NCBI GenBank assembly: GCA_025361445.1
Contig: JANYLP010000056.1
Span: forward strand, 1 to 49,529
DNA length: 49,529 nt
DNA from: Coriobacteriia bacterium
GTDB lineage: Bacteria; Actinomycetota; Coriobacteriia; Anaerosomatales; PALSA-660
Direction of reading: 5' to 3'
Shown piece by piece: positions 9,427-24,260 of the stretch (position 1 is the first letter of the stretch; every line of letters begins with the position of its first letter). A model generated the notes under the pieces. The model saw only the letters and a list, made by a program, of their open reading frames with translations, did no database searches and was not told where the DNA came from. The translations under genes and the position numbers were made by a program.

Positions 9427-10143
9427 ATGGAAACCACGAAGCGCGTTCTTGTCGTCGAAGACGAGAAGGCGATCCTTGACGCCGTGACGGCGTATCTGGA
9501 GCGCGACGGCTACTGGGTGACCCCTGTCGGCGACGGCGCGGCCGCCCTGGAACAGGCCTCCCGCAAGGCCTTCGACCTGGTCGTGCTCGACCTGAACCTC
9601 CCGAAAGTCTCAGGCGAGGAAGTCTGCCGGCGTATCCGTGACGTCTCCGATGTGCCGATAATCATGCTGACGGCGAAGGGCGCCGAAGAGGAGCGCATAA
9701 AGGGACTCGAGATGGGCGCCGACGACTATCTTGTGAAGCCCTTCTCGCCGCGTGAGCTCACCGCCCGTGTACGAGCCCTCCTTAGGCGCGCGCATGCCGA
9801 GTCGGACCCGCAGCGCGACCGCATGGACTTCGGCGACCTCTCCATCGACCTGCGGTCTCACCGCGTCCACCTCGACGGCGCGGAAATCGAGTTGACGGCG
9901 AGCGAATACAAGTTGCTCGTCACGCTCGCCCGTTACCCGGGGCGGGTCTATCCGCGCATGGAGCTGGTCGAGAAGGTGCTCGGGTACGACTTCGAGGGCT
10001 ACGAGCGGGCCATCGACTCCCACGTGAAGAACCTTCGGGCGAAGCTCGACGACGATCCCCGCGAGCCCCGCTTCATCCACACGGTGACCGGCGTCGGCTA
10101 CCGCTTCGAGGCGGAGCGCACTGTGCCGGAGAGCACCGTCTGA
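9427..10143 (+). CDS. OmpR/PhoB-family response regulator
   Basis: Start at ATG 9427 (METTKRVLVVEDEK). Receiver domain (DLVVLDLNLP, MLTAKG, KPF) followed by a winged-helix output domain (LT..EYKLL..LA..PGRV..R..L...V). Confidence 0.9.
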   Translation: METTKRVLVVEDEKAILDAVTAYLERDGYWVTPVGDGAAALEQASRKAFDLVVLDLNLPKVSGEEVCRRIRDVSDVPIIMLTAKGAEEERIKGLEMGADDYLVKPFSPRELTARVRALLRRAHAESDPQRDRMDFGDLSIDLRSHRVHLDGAEIELTASEYKLLVTLARYPGRVYPRMELVEKVLGYDFEGYERAIDSHVKNLRAKLDDDPREPRFIHTVTGVGYRFEAERTVPESTV

Positions 10144-11558
10144 TGAGAAGGATCACGCTCCGCACGCAGCTGGGGCTGGCCTTCGCCGCGGTCGCCGTCT
10201 TCACCGCCGCCTTGGTCGCGATGGTGCTCGCCGTGACGTGGCAGGGGCTGTTCAACGACTACGTGCAGGAGCGGGTGCAGACCTCCGCCACCAACTTCGC
10301 GCAGATAGCGGGGACCTCGTTCGCGAACTTCGGCCGCAGGTGGGAGAGCACCGGGCTGCAGACGCTGGCTCGCACGGCGCTGTTCTATCACCTCAGGGCG
10401 CAGGTGCTCGACGTCAACGGGGCGGTCCTGATCGACAGCGAGTGGCTCTCAGAGGAGACCCCGCTGCCCGGGATGCCGAGGGTGGCGGCAGGGGACGAGA
10501 CGGACACCGTCACCCCCATGAAGGAGCCGGTCGTCAGCGCGCTCGTCTCGGTCTCGGGCGTCATCGTCGGTTCAGTCCGCGTTTCATCACTTTCTCCCGG
10601 GTCGTTGCTCACCGATTCCGACCTCCAGTTCCGCACCGCCTCGACGGCCGGTCTCGGCGTCGCCGCGACCCTGGCGCTGCTGCTGGCCACGGCCGCGGGC
10701 CTTCTCTACTCCCGCGTGTTCGTCCGTCCCATCCAGCGTGTCACGCGAACCGCCGAGGCTCTTCGGGCCGGTGATCTCGCGGCGCGTACCGGTATGGGTG
10801 GCGACGACGCCATCGGCATGCTCGGAAGCACCCTGGACGAGATGGCAGCGTCGATACAGGCGGAGCGCGAGTTCGAGCGCCGCCTCACGGCTGATGTGGC
10901 ACATGAGCTCCGGACACCCCTGCAGGCCATCCAGGCGACCGTAGAGGCGATGCAGGACGGTGTCCTGCCGGCAGACGGCGAACACCTGGGTGTGGTCCGG
11001 AACGAGACCGTGCGGCTCGGACGGCTCGCGGACTCGATCCTGGAACTCTCCCGGCTGGAGAACCGCAGTGTCCAGTTCCGTCGCGCGAACGTGGACCCGG
11101 CGGTCCCTCTCACACGGGCGGTCGACGCTCACCGGGCGCTGCTCGAGTCACTCGAGCTCGCCGTCGTCACCTCCATCGACGAAGGCGCGGTGGTCTCGGC
11201 CGACATCGATCTGCTGACGCAGGCGTTCAGCAACCTTCTCGGCAATGCCGCGCGCTACACGCCCGAGGGGGGGACCGTCACGGTGGCGCTCCACTCGGAC
11301 GGGCGCCAGGCGATCATCACAGTGGCCGATACGGGCATCGGGATTCGAGAAGAACATCGCGACCGGATATTCACCCGGTTCTACCGGTCGGAGGAGGCGC
11401 GGGAGCGCTCGCGGAGCGGTTTCGGGATAGGACTCGCGGTCGTGCGCGAGATCGTGGACCAGCACGGCGGGACCGTCGGATTCGCGGCCAACGAGCCGGG
11501 GCCGGGAACCGTCTTTGAGGTCCGCCTTCCGCTCGTGCGCAAGAAGCAGAGAGCCTGA
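10143..11558 (+). CDS. Sensor histidine kinase (2 TM, HAMP, HisKA, HATPase)
   Basis: The ATG overlaps the response-regulator TGA (TGATG). H-box is ADVAHELRTPL, with N and G boxes (LLGNAARYTP, DTGIGI, GFGIGLAVV). Confidence 0.9.
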   Translation: MRRITLRTQLGLAFAAVAVFTAALVAMVLAVTWQGLFNDYVQERVQTSATNFAQIAGTSFANFGRRWESTGLQTLARTALFYHLRAQVLDVNGAVLIDSEWLSEETPLPGMPRVAAGDETDTVTPMKEPVVSALVSVSGVIVGSVRVSSLSPGSLLTDSDLQFRTASTAGLGVAATLALLLATAAGLLYSRVFVRPIQRVTRTAEALRAGDLAARTGMGGDDAIGMLGSTLDEMAASIQAEREFERRLTADVAHELRTPLQAIQATVEAMQDGVLPADGEHLGVVRNETVRLGRLADSILELSRLENRSVQFRRANVDPAVPLTRAVDAHRALLESLELAVVTSIDEGAVVSADIDLLTQAFSNLLGNAARYTPEGGTVTVALHSDGRQAIITVADTGIGIREEHRDRIFTRFYRSEEARERSRSGFGIGLAVVREIVDQHGGTVGFAANEPGPGTVFEVRLPLVRKKQRA

Positions 11559-11567
11559 GACACGACG

Positions 11568-11597
11568 ACGGCTCCGACCTGTGCAGGGCGGAGCCGT
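11568..11597. terminator. Stem-loop between the convergent histidine kinase and GerMN genes
   Basis: ACGGCTCCG-(12 nt)-CGGAGCCGT forms a 9-bp stem in the 73-nt gap between two convergent stop codons. Confidence 0.45.
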
Positions 11598-11631
11598 GTC
11601 GAACGCGATTCGCAGCGGAGCGTCACCAGGG

Positions 11632-12519
11632 CTACGGCGCGATGACCACCGGTATCGTGACGACGTCGATCGGCTTGCCATCCTTCGGCGACTCCGCGAA
11701 CACCTTGAGCTCGCCGACTCCGGCCTTGGCATCGCTCCAGGTGAGCGGCTGGGACCACGTGCCCCGCGTCCCGGTCCCGCTGGTGGCCTTGACCGTCGTG
11801 TCCAGAATGAGGGTGCCTGCGCTGTCGCGGAGCTGCAGCCGGAATACGGCTTCGAAGACGTTCGCCGTCCCGCCGGCAGTGAGGCCCTTGACGATGTGCC
11901 CCTGCCACGCGGGGTTGTCGACGAAGATGGCCGCCGTCGAATACTCGTAGTCGGCTCGGGTCTGCGGTTTGTCGATCATGATGCCCTCGCCGCTGAAGAT
12001 CTTGACCGGCTTGCCGTTGAGCTTGAACTTGACGTTTGCGACCGTGGGGAACTGGGTGGCCGTGTACACGACCTGTGCCAGGCGGTTCGTCATGGACAGA
12101 GAGCCGCCGCCGGATTCGTACTGAGAACTCAGGTCGACGGTCGCGGTCTTACCGGAGATCACGAGGCCCAAAAGTGTCGTTCCGGAGGGGATCTGCGAGC
12201 TGAGCCCCGCAGCTGACTCGGCCGCGTCCGGTCCGGCCAGAAGCGCAGTAATGGCCGCGCTCAGGGTGGCTTTCGTGCCTGCGGGCAGCGTCCGAAGCAC
12301 CGGCTGCATCTTCTCGTTGCGGGAGAAGTACACGCGTACGGTGACCGCAGTCGTCGACGGCGTGTTCGTGGCTTCCGACGCGATCGTGGTCGTAGGTGTC
12401 ACGGACTGGGTCGTGACCTGTGTGGTGCCCGGCCCGGTCCCGTCGGTGGGTGGCGTCGGCGTGCAGCCGGCAGCCACGACCGCCATGAGGACCATCGCGA
12501 TGATCGAGAAACGTTTCAC
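11632..12519 (-). CDS. Lipoprotein with a GerMN domain and a C-terminal Ig-like (Gmad2-type) domain
   Basis: Start preferred at GTG 12519 (VKRFSIIAMVLMAVVAAGC, a lipobox) with GGGGGTGG upstream. An alternative ATG lies at 12561. GerMN-like core (VRVYFSRNEK...LLAGP...GLSSQIP.GT.LL...). C-terminal beta-rich domain (IFVDNPAWQG...TANVFEAVFRLQLRD). Confidence 0.8.
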   Translation of the reverse strand: MKRFSIIAMVLMAVVAAGCTPTPPTDGTGPGTTQVTTQSVTPTTTIASEATNTPSTTAVTVRVYFSRNEKMQPVLRTLPAGTKATLSAAITALLAGPDAAESAAGLSSQIPSGTTLLGLVISGKTATVDLSSQYESGGGSLSMTNRLAQVVYTATQFPTVANVKFKLNGKPVKIFSGEGIMIDKPQTRADYEYSTAAIFVDNPAWQGHIVKGLTAGGTANVFEAVFRLQLRDSAGTLILDTTVKATSGTGTRGTWSQPLTWSDAKAGVGELKVFAESPKDGKPIDVVTIPVVIAP

Positions 12520-12618
12520 GTCCTGCCACCCCCTGATTCGGTCGATGCGCTTCGTGCGCATCCTCGGCTCACACGGCCCTTTGTCATCCGTGCGCCCGTG
12601 CGGTATTCTTCTACCCGA

Positions 12619-12650
12619 CCTTTAACTCGGTCCCGTGAGGCCGGCAAGGG
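12619..12650 (+). promoter_or_regulatory. PyrR-binding hairpin (pyr leader)
   Basis: CCTTTAACTCGGTCCCGTGAGGCCGGCAAGGG. The flanks CCUUU/AAGGG can pair and the loop carries UCCCGUGAGGCC. That matches the Bacillus-type PyrR box UCCAGAGAGGCU at 9 of 12 positions by eye. It lies upstream of pyrR. Confidence 0.65.
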
Positions 12651-12655
12651 CATGA

Positions 12656-13344
<689 letters not shown>

Positions 13345-13345
<1 letters not shown>

Positions 13346-14266
13346 TGCTGTCGTCGAAGCACATCCTCGGGATGGACGATCTGACCTCCGACGACATCGC
13401 GCGCGTCCTCGAGACCGCGGAGTCGTTCGCTGAGGTCAACCAGCGGCGGATCAAGAAACTGCCGACGCTGCGCGGACTCACGGTGGTCAACCTGTTCCTC
13501 GAGCCCTCGACTCGGACGCGTACGAGTTTCGAGATCGCGGCGAAGCGCCTCTCGGCTGACGGCATCAACTTCACCGCTTCGGCCTCGGCCACGGTCAAGG
13601 GCGAGAGCCTGCGAGACACGGCCGCTACGCTGTCGGCGATGAACTGCGATCTCGTCATCATCCGCCACAAGTACGCGGGCGCTCCCCGGATCCTGTCCGA
13701 GATGATGGACTGCTCGATTGTCAACGGTGGCGACGGCATCCACGAGCACCCGACGCAGGCGTTGCTCGACCTCTACACGATGAAGGGCGCGCTCGGCCAC
13801 CTCGAAGGCCTGCGCGTCGGTATCGTCGGCGATATCGCGCACTCGCGCGTCGCCGGTTCGCTCGTACCGGCGCTGCGCAAGGTGGGCGCGACCCCGGTCG
13901 TGATCGCTCCGCCGACGCTGCTGCCCTCACGCCCCGACGTCTTGGGCGCTGAGGTCGCATGGGACCTCGACGAGCAACTGCCCTCACTGGATGTGGCGTA
14001 CATGCTCCGCGTGCAGATGGAACGCTCCGATGGAGGCATGCCGTTCCCGAGCCTGCGAGAGTACGCGCGGTTCTACGGCATGAACGCGCGGCGTCTCGCC
14101 GCGATGAAGCCGGAGGCGATAGTGATGCACCCCGGTCCCATGAACCGCGGTGTGGAGATCTCCGCGGACGTCGCCGACGGCGACCGCTCGCTCGTGCTCA
14201 CACAGGTCGAGTCGGGCGTCGCCGTCCGCATGGCCGTCATGTACCTGCTGCTGGGAGGTGCCGATA

Positions 14267-14283
<17 letters not shown>
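13345..14283 (+). CDS. pyrB: Aspartate carbamoyltransferase catalytic subunit
   Basis: EPSTRTRTSFE, HPTQALLD and HPGPMNRG motifs. The ATG overlaps the pyrR TGA. Confidence 0.95.
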
Positions 14284-15559
<1,276 letters not shown>

Positions 15560-15606
15560 CGTCCGTGGGCGCTGCCGTGCACGGACGCACACATGAGGAG
15601 GAGCCT

Positions 15607-16908
15607 GTGGGGGTGAGGGCACGCGCCGTTCTGGCGCTCGAGGACGGCACGGTATTCCAGGGCTGGTCGTGCGGCGCCGAGGGCGAGGCGTTCGGCGAGG
15701 CCGTCTTCAACACGTCGCTCACCGGCTACCAGGAGGTGCTGACCGACCCGAGCTACGCCGGTCAGATCGTCACGATGACGATGCCCCACATCGGGAACTA
15801 CGGCGTGAACGGCGCCGACATGGAATCGCGCGGGTGCTTCGCTGCCGGGTTCGTCGTCCGGAGCATGAGCCGGATCACCTCTTCCTGGCGCGCGGAGCTA
15901 TCGGTACCCGACTTCCTGCGCCAAAACGGCGTCGTCGCCATCGAGGGTGTCGACACGCGCCGGCTGACCCGTCACGTCCGTGAGTGCGGTGCGATGCGCT
16001 CCGTCATCTCGACGACCGACCTCGATGCCGCATCCCTCGTGCGCAAGGCGCAGGAGTCGCAGGGGCTTGTGGGCCGGGATCTGGTCCGTGAAGTGGCCAT
16101 CACGGCGCCGTACGAGTGGGGGAGCGAGGACGCGACCGGCTGTCTCCCCATCGACACCGGGGTTCTGCCGGTCAAGCCGCTCTACCGTGTTGTGGCCTTC
16201 GATTCAGGCATCAAGTTCAACATCCTGCGTCGCCTGTCCGAGTCGGGTTGCTCCGTTCTGGTCGTTCCACCCACCACGACGGCGTCCGAGGTGCTCGAGC
16301 TCGGCTGCGACGGGGTGTTCCTGGCCAACGGGCCGGGCGATCCGGCCGCGGTGGACTACCTGTACTCGACCGTTCGCGACCTGCTCGGGACGGTCCCGTT
16401 GTTCGGGATCTGCCTCGGGCACCAGATGCTCGCGCTGGCGCTCGGGGCCGAGACGTTCAAGCTCCGGTACGGGCACCGTGGCGGCAACCAGCCGGTGATG
16501 AACCTGCTCTCCGGTCAGGTCGAGATCACGAGCCAGAACCATGGGTTCTGCGTCGACTTCGCATCGATCGGACCGATCGACGTCGAGGCGTCCGCGAATC
16601 TCTCCTACGACATCGGCGACCTCGGGGCCTGGGTCCGCGCAGGTGTTGCTCCCGTGGTGACAAGCGCGGCACACGGCCGCGTCCAGCTCACGCACGTGAA
16701 CCTGAACGACATGACCGTCGAAGGCGTACGCTGCCTGGACCGCCACGCGTACTCGGTCCAGTACCACCCGGAGGCCGCTCCCGGCCCGCACGACTCGAGG
16801 TACTTGTTCGGTGCGTTCACCGCGCTCATGGATGGGCGCGAGGACTACCTGTCGGTGTCGGACCCGCGGTTCGCCAGCGCTCGCGGGCGCGACGTGAAGG
16901 GGGAGTAG
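15607..16908 (+). CDS. carA: Carbamoyl-phosphate synthase small (glutaminase) subunit
   Basis: Preferred start is GTG 15607, preceded by GAGGAGGAG. An alternative GTG at 15556 overlaps the pyrC stop. Motifs LALEDGTVFQG, GICLGHQ and YHPEA. Short C-terminal extension. Confidence 0.93.
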   Translation: MGVRARAVLALEDGTVFQGWSCGAEGEAFGEAVFNTSLTGYQEVLTDPSYAGQIVTMTMPHIGNYGVNGADMESRGCFAAGFVVRSMSRITSSWRAELSVPDFLRQNGVVAIEGVDTRRLTRHVRECGAMRSVISTTDLDAASLVRKAQESQGLVGRDLVREVAITAPYEWGSEDATGCLPIDTGVLPVKPLYRVVAFDSGIKFNILRRLSESGCSVLVVPPTTTASEVLELGCDGVFLANGPGDPAAVDYLYSTVRDLLGTVPLFGICLGHQMLALALGAETFKLRYGHRGGNQPVMNLLSGQVEITSQNHGFCVDFASIGPIDVEASANLSYDIGDLGAWVRAGVAPVVTSAAHGRVQLTHVNLNDMTVEGVRCLDRHAYSVQYHPEAAPGPHDSRYLFGAFTALMDGREDYLSVSDPRFASARGRDVKGE

Positions 16909-16913
16909 CAGGC

Positions 16914-17741
16914 ATGTTGAGCACCGTGCTCGTCCCGACGGACCTGAGCGCCGCTCAGGAAGGTGTCATGCGCTTCGTCCGCGGCTTGCCCGCACTGGGG
17001 GTGCGACGAGTCGTGTGCTGTCATGTGGTGGATACGACCGGGCTCGAGGGGAAGGTCGTCGCCGCGAAGGTGGATGCCGCGCGCGCGCAGCTCCAGCGCG
17101 CCGCCGCCCCGCTCCGCGAAGCCGGCCTCGAAGTCGACCTGAGAGTCCCCACGGGGGACCCCGAACGTGAGCTGCTCATGCTCGCTTCGGAGGAGCACGT
17201 GGATGCGATCGTCTGCGGTTCGAGCGGCAAGAGCGCAACCGACCGCCTCTTCGTCGGGTCGGTGGCAGAGCGCCTCGCGCGCGATGCCGGTATCCCCTCA
17301 CTGACGCTGCGTTTCGACATGTTGCGTGGCGCTGAGGACCCCGCGGAGCTTGCACGCAGGTTCGCCCGGATGGTGCTTGTCCCGACCGACTTCTCGGCCA
17401 CGGCGGCGCGCGCTCTCAACGTCGCCCTGTCCTTCCCGAAGCGGACGGTCGGTGCGATGCGGATACTCAACGTACTCCCGAACGGCGACACCAACGAGGT
17501 CGAGGCCGCCGGCCTGCTGCGCAAGCTCGCCGAGATCGCGAAGGAGCGTGGGATCCACGCGACGCCTGTCGTAGGGCACGGCGCGGCCGAGCGGGCGATC
17601 ATCGCCGAGATCGATGCCTCGGGCATCACGGGCGTCGTGATAGGTACCCGGGGTCGCACCCCAATACAGGAGGCGCTCATGGGATCGGTCTCCATGACGC
17701 TGATCCGCCAGGCCACGGTCCCCGTATTGGTCGTCCCCTAG
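16914..17741 (+). CDS. Tandem universal stress protein (two UspA domains)
   Basis: Two repeats, each beginning (V/L)VPTD(L/F)S. Each carries a G-x2-G-x9-G-S motif (GSSGKSATDRLFVGS and GTRGRTPIQEALMGS). ATG 16914 lies 5 nt after the carA stop, with GGGGGAG upstream. Confidence 0.85.
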   Translation: MLSTVLVPTDLSAAQEGVMRFVRGLPALGVRRVVCCHVVDTTGLEGKVVAAKVDAARAQLQRAAAPLREAGLEVDLRVPTGDPERELLMLASEEHVDAIVCGSSGKSATDRLFVGSVAERLARDAGIPSLTLRFDMLRGAEDPAELARRFARMVLVPTDFSATAARALNVALSFPKRTVGAMRILNVLPNGDTNEVEAAGLLRKLAEIAKERGIHATPVVGHGAAERAIIAEIDASGITGVVIGTRGRTPIQEALMGSVSMTLIRQATVPVLVVP

Positions 17742-17774
17742 CGCGTCGAAAGGCGCAGTCAAGGAGCCAGACTC

Positions 17775-21037
<3,263 letters not shown>

Positions 21038-21041
<4 letters not shown>

Positions 21042-21862
21042 CGTGCACCGCCGCCGGACACGACACGCACCCGCTCCTCGAGCGGGTCGAGGTCGTGCGC
21101 AATGATCGCGTTGCGGAAGGCGTCGGCCTGCTGGTGCTTCGCGCCCCTCGTATCGCGGCGACGGTGCAGCCCGGACAGTTCGTCCACGTGCGCATCGCCG
21201 CCGACGCCGACTTCATCCTGCGTCGACCGTTCTCGGTCCACCGCGCCTCCGCAGGCGCGGTGGAGATCCTGTACCAGGTCCTCGGGCGTGGGACGCGGGA
21301 GCTCTCGATGCGCGCCGCCGGTGACGTCATGGATGCGATCGGGCCTCTGGGCAGCGGTTGGCGCGTCCCGGAGGGTACAGTGCACGCGCTGCTCGTCGCA
21401 GGCGGACTCGGTGCGGCGCCGCTCGGCATGCTCGCTGAGGTGTTGGCTGCGCGAGGCGTCGCCGTCAGCGTCGCCCAGGGTGCGCCCACGGCGGAAAGGC
21501 TCGTCGCACGAGACCTGTTCGAGTCGGTCGCCCGACGCGTCGAAGTGGCCACCGATGATGGCTCCGCCGGCGAACGGGGTTTCGTGACCGTGGTGAGTGA
21601 GCGGTTGCTTGCGGCCGACCGCCCGGACATGGTGTTCGTGTGCGGACCCGAGGCGATGGCCCGCGCCGTAGCCGCACAGGCAGCTGCCGCAGGTGTGGCG
21701 TGCCAGGTATCGCTGGAACGCCTGATGGCGTGCGGGATCGGAGCGTGCCTATCCTGCGTCGTCACGACCACGTCGGGACGCAAACGCGCGTGTGTCGACG
21801 GTCCGGTATTCGACGCGGGGGAGGTGTGCTGGGATGGAACAGAAGTCCCGCCCCGCCATTAG
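21038..21862 (+). CDS. pyrK: Dihydroorotate dehydrogenase B electron-transfer subunit
   Basis: GTG 21038 overlaps the carB TGA. FAD/NAD-binding fold (RRPFS, GGLGAAP) and a C-terminal 2Fe-2S cysteine cluster (CGIGACLSC...CVDGPVF). Confidence 0.9.
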
Positions 21863-22793
21863 CGCCTCGCCCGGCTCGGCGACTGTCGACCTGTCCGTCG
21901 AGATCGCGGGATTGGTGTTGCGCAATCCGGTCATGACGGCCTCCGGGACGTTCGCTTCCGGCCGGGAATTCGCCGGCTTCGTCGACCTTTCACGCCTCGG
22001 CGCGCTTGTCACGAAGGGTGTCTCGTCCGATCCCTGGTCCGGCAACGAGTCTCCCCGCATCGCCGAGACGTCGAGCGGCATGCTCAACTCCATCGGCCTG
22101 CAGAATCCGGGAGTCGAGGCGTTCTGCGAGCGTGACCTCGCCTGGTTGGCCGGACAGGATGTGCCGGTCGTCGTGAACGTCTCGGGGCACACGGTGGCCG
22201 ACTACGCCGCGGTCGTGGAGCGCCTCGAGCGTGAGCGCGGTGTTGCCGCGTACGAGGTCAACATCTCGTGTCCCAACCTCGACGCGGGAGGGATGGCGTT
22301 CGGCACCGCATGCGCGCCGGCGGCCGAAGTCACACGCGCGGTGCGCGCGGTCACGAAGCGCCCGGTCATCGTGAAGCTGTCTCCGAACGTGACCGACATC
22401 GCCGAGATCGCGCGTGCCGTCGAGGCGGCGGGTGCTGATGCGGTGTCGCTCATCAACACGTTGCTCGGGATGGCGATCGACGCGCGGACGCGGCGGCCGA
22501 AGCTGGCCCGCACCGTCGGCGGGTTGTCGGGTCCGGCGATCAAGCCGGTGGCGCTCCGGATGGTCTGGCAGGTCGCAGGCGCTGTCTCGATCCCGGTCAT
22601 CGGCTGCGGCGGCATCATGACGGGGGAGGACGCGGTGGAGTTCCTGCTCGCCGGCGCCTCGGCAGTCCAGGTCGGAACGGCGAACTTCGTCGACCCGGGG
22701 GCGACCGTGCACGTGATCGACGGGATCGTCGAGTACTGCCGCATCAGCGGGATCTCGAGCGCGCGCGAACTCATCGGCGCTCTCGATACGTGA
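21834..22793 (+). CDS. pyrD: Dihydroorotate dehydrogenase B catalytic subunit
   Basis: ATG 21834 with GGGGAGG upstream. Motifs [18 protein letters not shown] (Cys active site) and [10 protein letters not shown]. Confidence 0.93.
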   Translation: MEQKSRPAISASPGSATVDLSVEIAGLVLRNPVMTASGTFASGREFAGFVDLSRLGALVTKGVSSDPWSGNESPRIAETSSGMLNSIGLQNPGVEAFCERDLAWLAGQDVPVVVNVSGHTVADYAAVVERLERERGVAAYEVNISCPNLDAGGMAFGTACAPAAEVTRAVRAVTKRPVIVKLSPNVTDIAEIARAVEAAGADAVSLINTLLGMAIDARTRRPKLARTVGGLSGPAIKPVALRMVWQVAGAVSIPVIGCGGIMTGEDAVEFLLAGASAVQVGTANFVDPGATVHVIDGIVEYCRISGISSARELIGALDT

Positions 22794-22806
22794 TGGAGGA
22801 GTCGAA

Positions 22807-23541
22807 GTGACAGGAGTACCCGCGATGCGCGACCGGATCATTGTCGCCCTCGATCAGCCCGACCTCGTGGGCGCGCTCACCTGCGCGCGTACGTTGGTGG
22901 GCCACGCTCGCTGGGTTAAGGTCGGCATGACGCTCTTCTACCGCGAGGGCCCCGGCGCCGTCGCGGCGATGCGCGATCTCGGCTTCGAGGTCTTCGTCGA
23001 CCTGAGGCTGCACGACATACCGCATCAGGTCGAGGGCGCGGCTCGTTCACTCGGCGCGCTGGGTGCCGGCATGCTGACCGTGCATGCGTCCGGGGGTGCG
23101 GCGATGATCGAGGCCGCGGTACGCGGTGCCCTCGATGGCGCCCAGACCGCAGGCCTCCCGGCGCCCGCGGTGATCGCGGTTACGGTCCTTACCAGCATGG
23201 ACGCCGAGACGCTGAGCTCCGTCGGCGTCTCGGACGCGCCAGCCGAGCAGGCTGCCGGCCTGGCCGCGCTCGCCAAGACCGCCGGCGCACATGGGGTCGT
23301 GTGCTCCCCGCAGGAGGCCGCGGATCTGCGGGCGCTGCTCGGCCCCACCGCACTCATCGTCACGCCGGGGGTCAGGCCCGCCGGTTCTGACGCCGCCGAT
23401 CAGGCTCGCATCGCCACTCCGGCATCCGCGTTCGCCGCCGGAGCATCCCACATCGTGGTCGGACGACCGATCACCGATGCCGCCGATCCGATCGCCGCTT
23501 TCGAGGCGATCGTCAACGATCTTCAGGAGCCGCCACGATGA
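22807..23541 (+). CDS. pyrF: Orotidine-5'-phosphate decarboxylase
   Basis: IIVALD, VKVG and D(L)RLHDIP motifs. The start is either GTG 22807 or ATG 22825, and both have a Shine-Dalgarno-like sequence. Confidence 0.9.
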   Translation: MTGVPAMRDRIIVALDQPDLVGALTCARTLVGHARWVKVGMTLFYREGPGAVAAMRDLGFEVFVDLRLHDIPHQVEGAARSLGALGAGMLTVHASGGAAMIEAAVRGALDGAQTAGLPAPAVIAVTVLTSMDAETLSSVGVSDAPAEQAAGLAALAKTAGAHGVVCSPQEAADLRALLGPTALIVTPGVRPAGSDAADQARIATPASAFAAGASHIVVGRPITDAADPIAAFEAIVNDLQEPPR

Positions 23542-24122
23542 GCCGGATGACCGAGCCCGAAGTCCTGTCGGCACTCGAAGACGCACACGCGATACTCGCC
23601 GGGCACTTCCGGCTCACGAGCGGACGCCACTCCGACCGCTACGTGCAGTGCGCTCGCGTCCTTGAAGATCCGGCCCTCGTCACGAAGCTCGCGCACGCGA
23701 TTGTCGGGCGTCTCGGTGAACGGCGAGTCGATCTGGTCGCGGCTCCCGCGGTGGGCGGCATCATGATCGGATTCGCTGTTGCGCAGGCCCTAGGGGTCAA
23801 GTTCATCTTCAGTGAACGAGAGAAAGGTGTCATGACGTTCCGCAGAGGATTCGAGGTGCCCAAGGGCGCCCGGGTGCTCGTGGTCGAGGACGTCGTCACC
23901 ACAGGTGGTAGCGTCGCCGAGGTCGTGGAGCTGGTCCGCTGCGCCGGTGGCGTCCCGGTCGCGGTCGCGGCACTCATCGATCGCGGGGGACCCAAGTCCT
24001 TCGACGTGGAGTTGCTCCCTCTGCTTCGACTGCAGGTTGAGTCTTGGGAGGCCGAATCGTGCGGCCTCTGCGCCTCGGGGGTGCCCCTGTACGCCCCGGG
24101 AAGCCGAGCCCTCACGAAGTAG
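23538..24122 (+). CDS. pyrE: Orotate phosphoribosyltransferase
   Basis: PRPP loop VLVVEDVVTTGGS. The ATG overlaps the pyrF TGA. Confidence 0.92.
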   Translation: MSRMTEPEVLSALEDAHAILAGHFRLTSGRHSDRYVQCARVLEDPALVTKLAHAIVGRLGERRVDLVAAPAVGGIMIGFAVAQALGVKFIFSEREKGVMTFRRGFEVPKGARVLVVEDVVTTGGSVAEVVELVRCAGGVPVAVAALIDRGGPKSFDVELLPLLRLQVESWEAESCGLCASGVPLYAPGSRALTK

Positions 24123-24260
24123 GCGGTTGGCATCGCCGCAGGTAGGCGGTACTATCGACCACGCACCGCACGGTGAAGATGTCGCCGATACCGCGACTCA
24201 GCAATCGTTCGGGAGGGTCTCCGGAGCAATCCGGGTCAGGGGCGCGACGAGGAGGAACCG

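Noticed and set aside
16116-17741. A 541-aa plus-strand ORF that would fuse an out-of-frame stretch of carA to the USP gene.
   Set aside because: Only the last ~275 aa (from ATG 16914) look like a real protein. The upstream part is an alternative frame of carA with Arg/Pro-rich junk, and carA's own frame is complete.
24123-24260. A candidate mihF promoter (TACTAT hexamer near 24151).
   Set aside because: This is a single hexamer match without a supported -35 element or transcription start, so it is not reportable as a feature.
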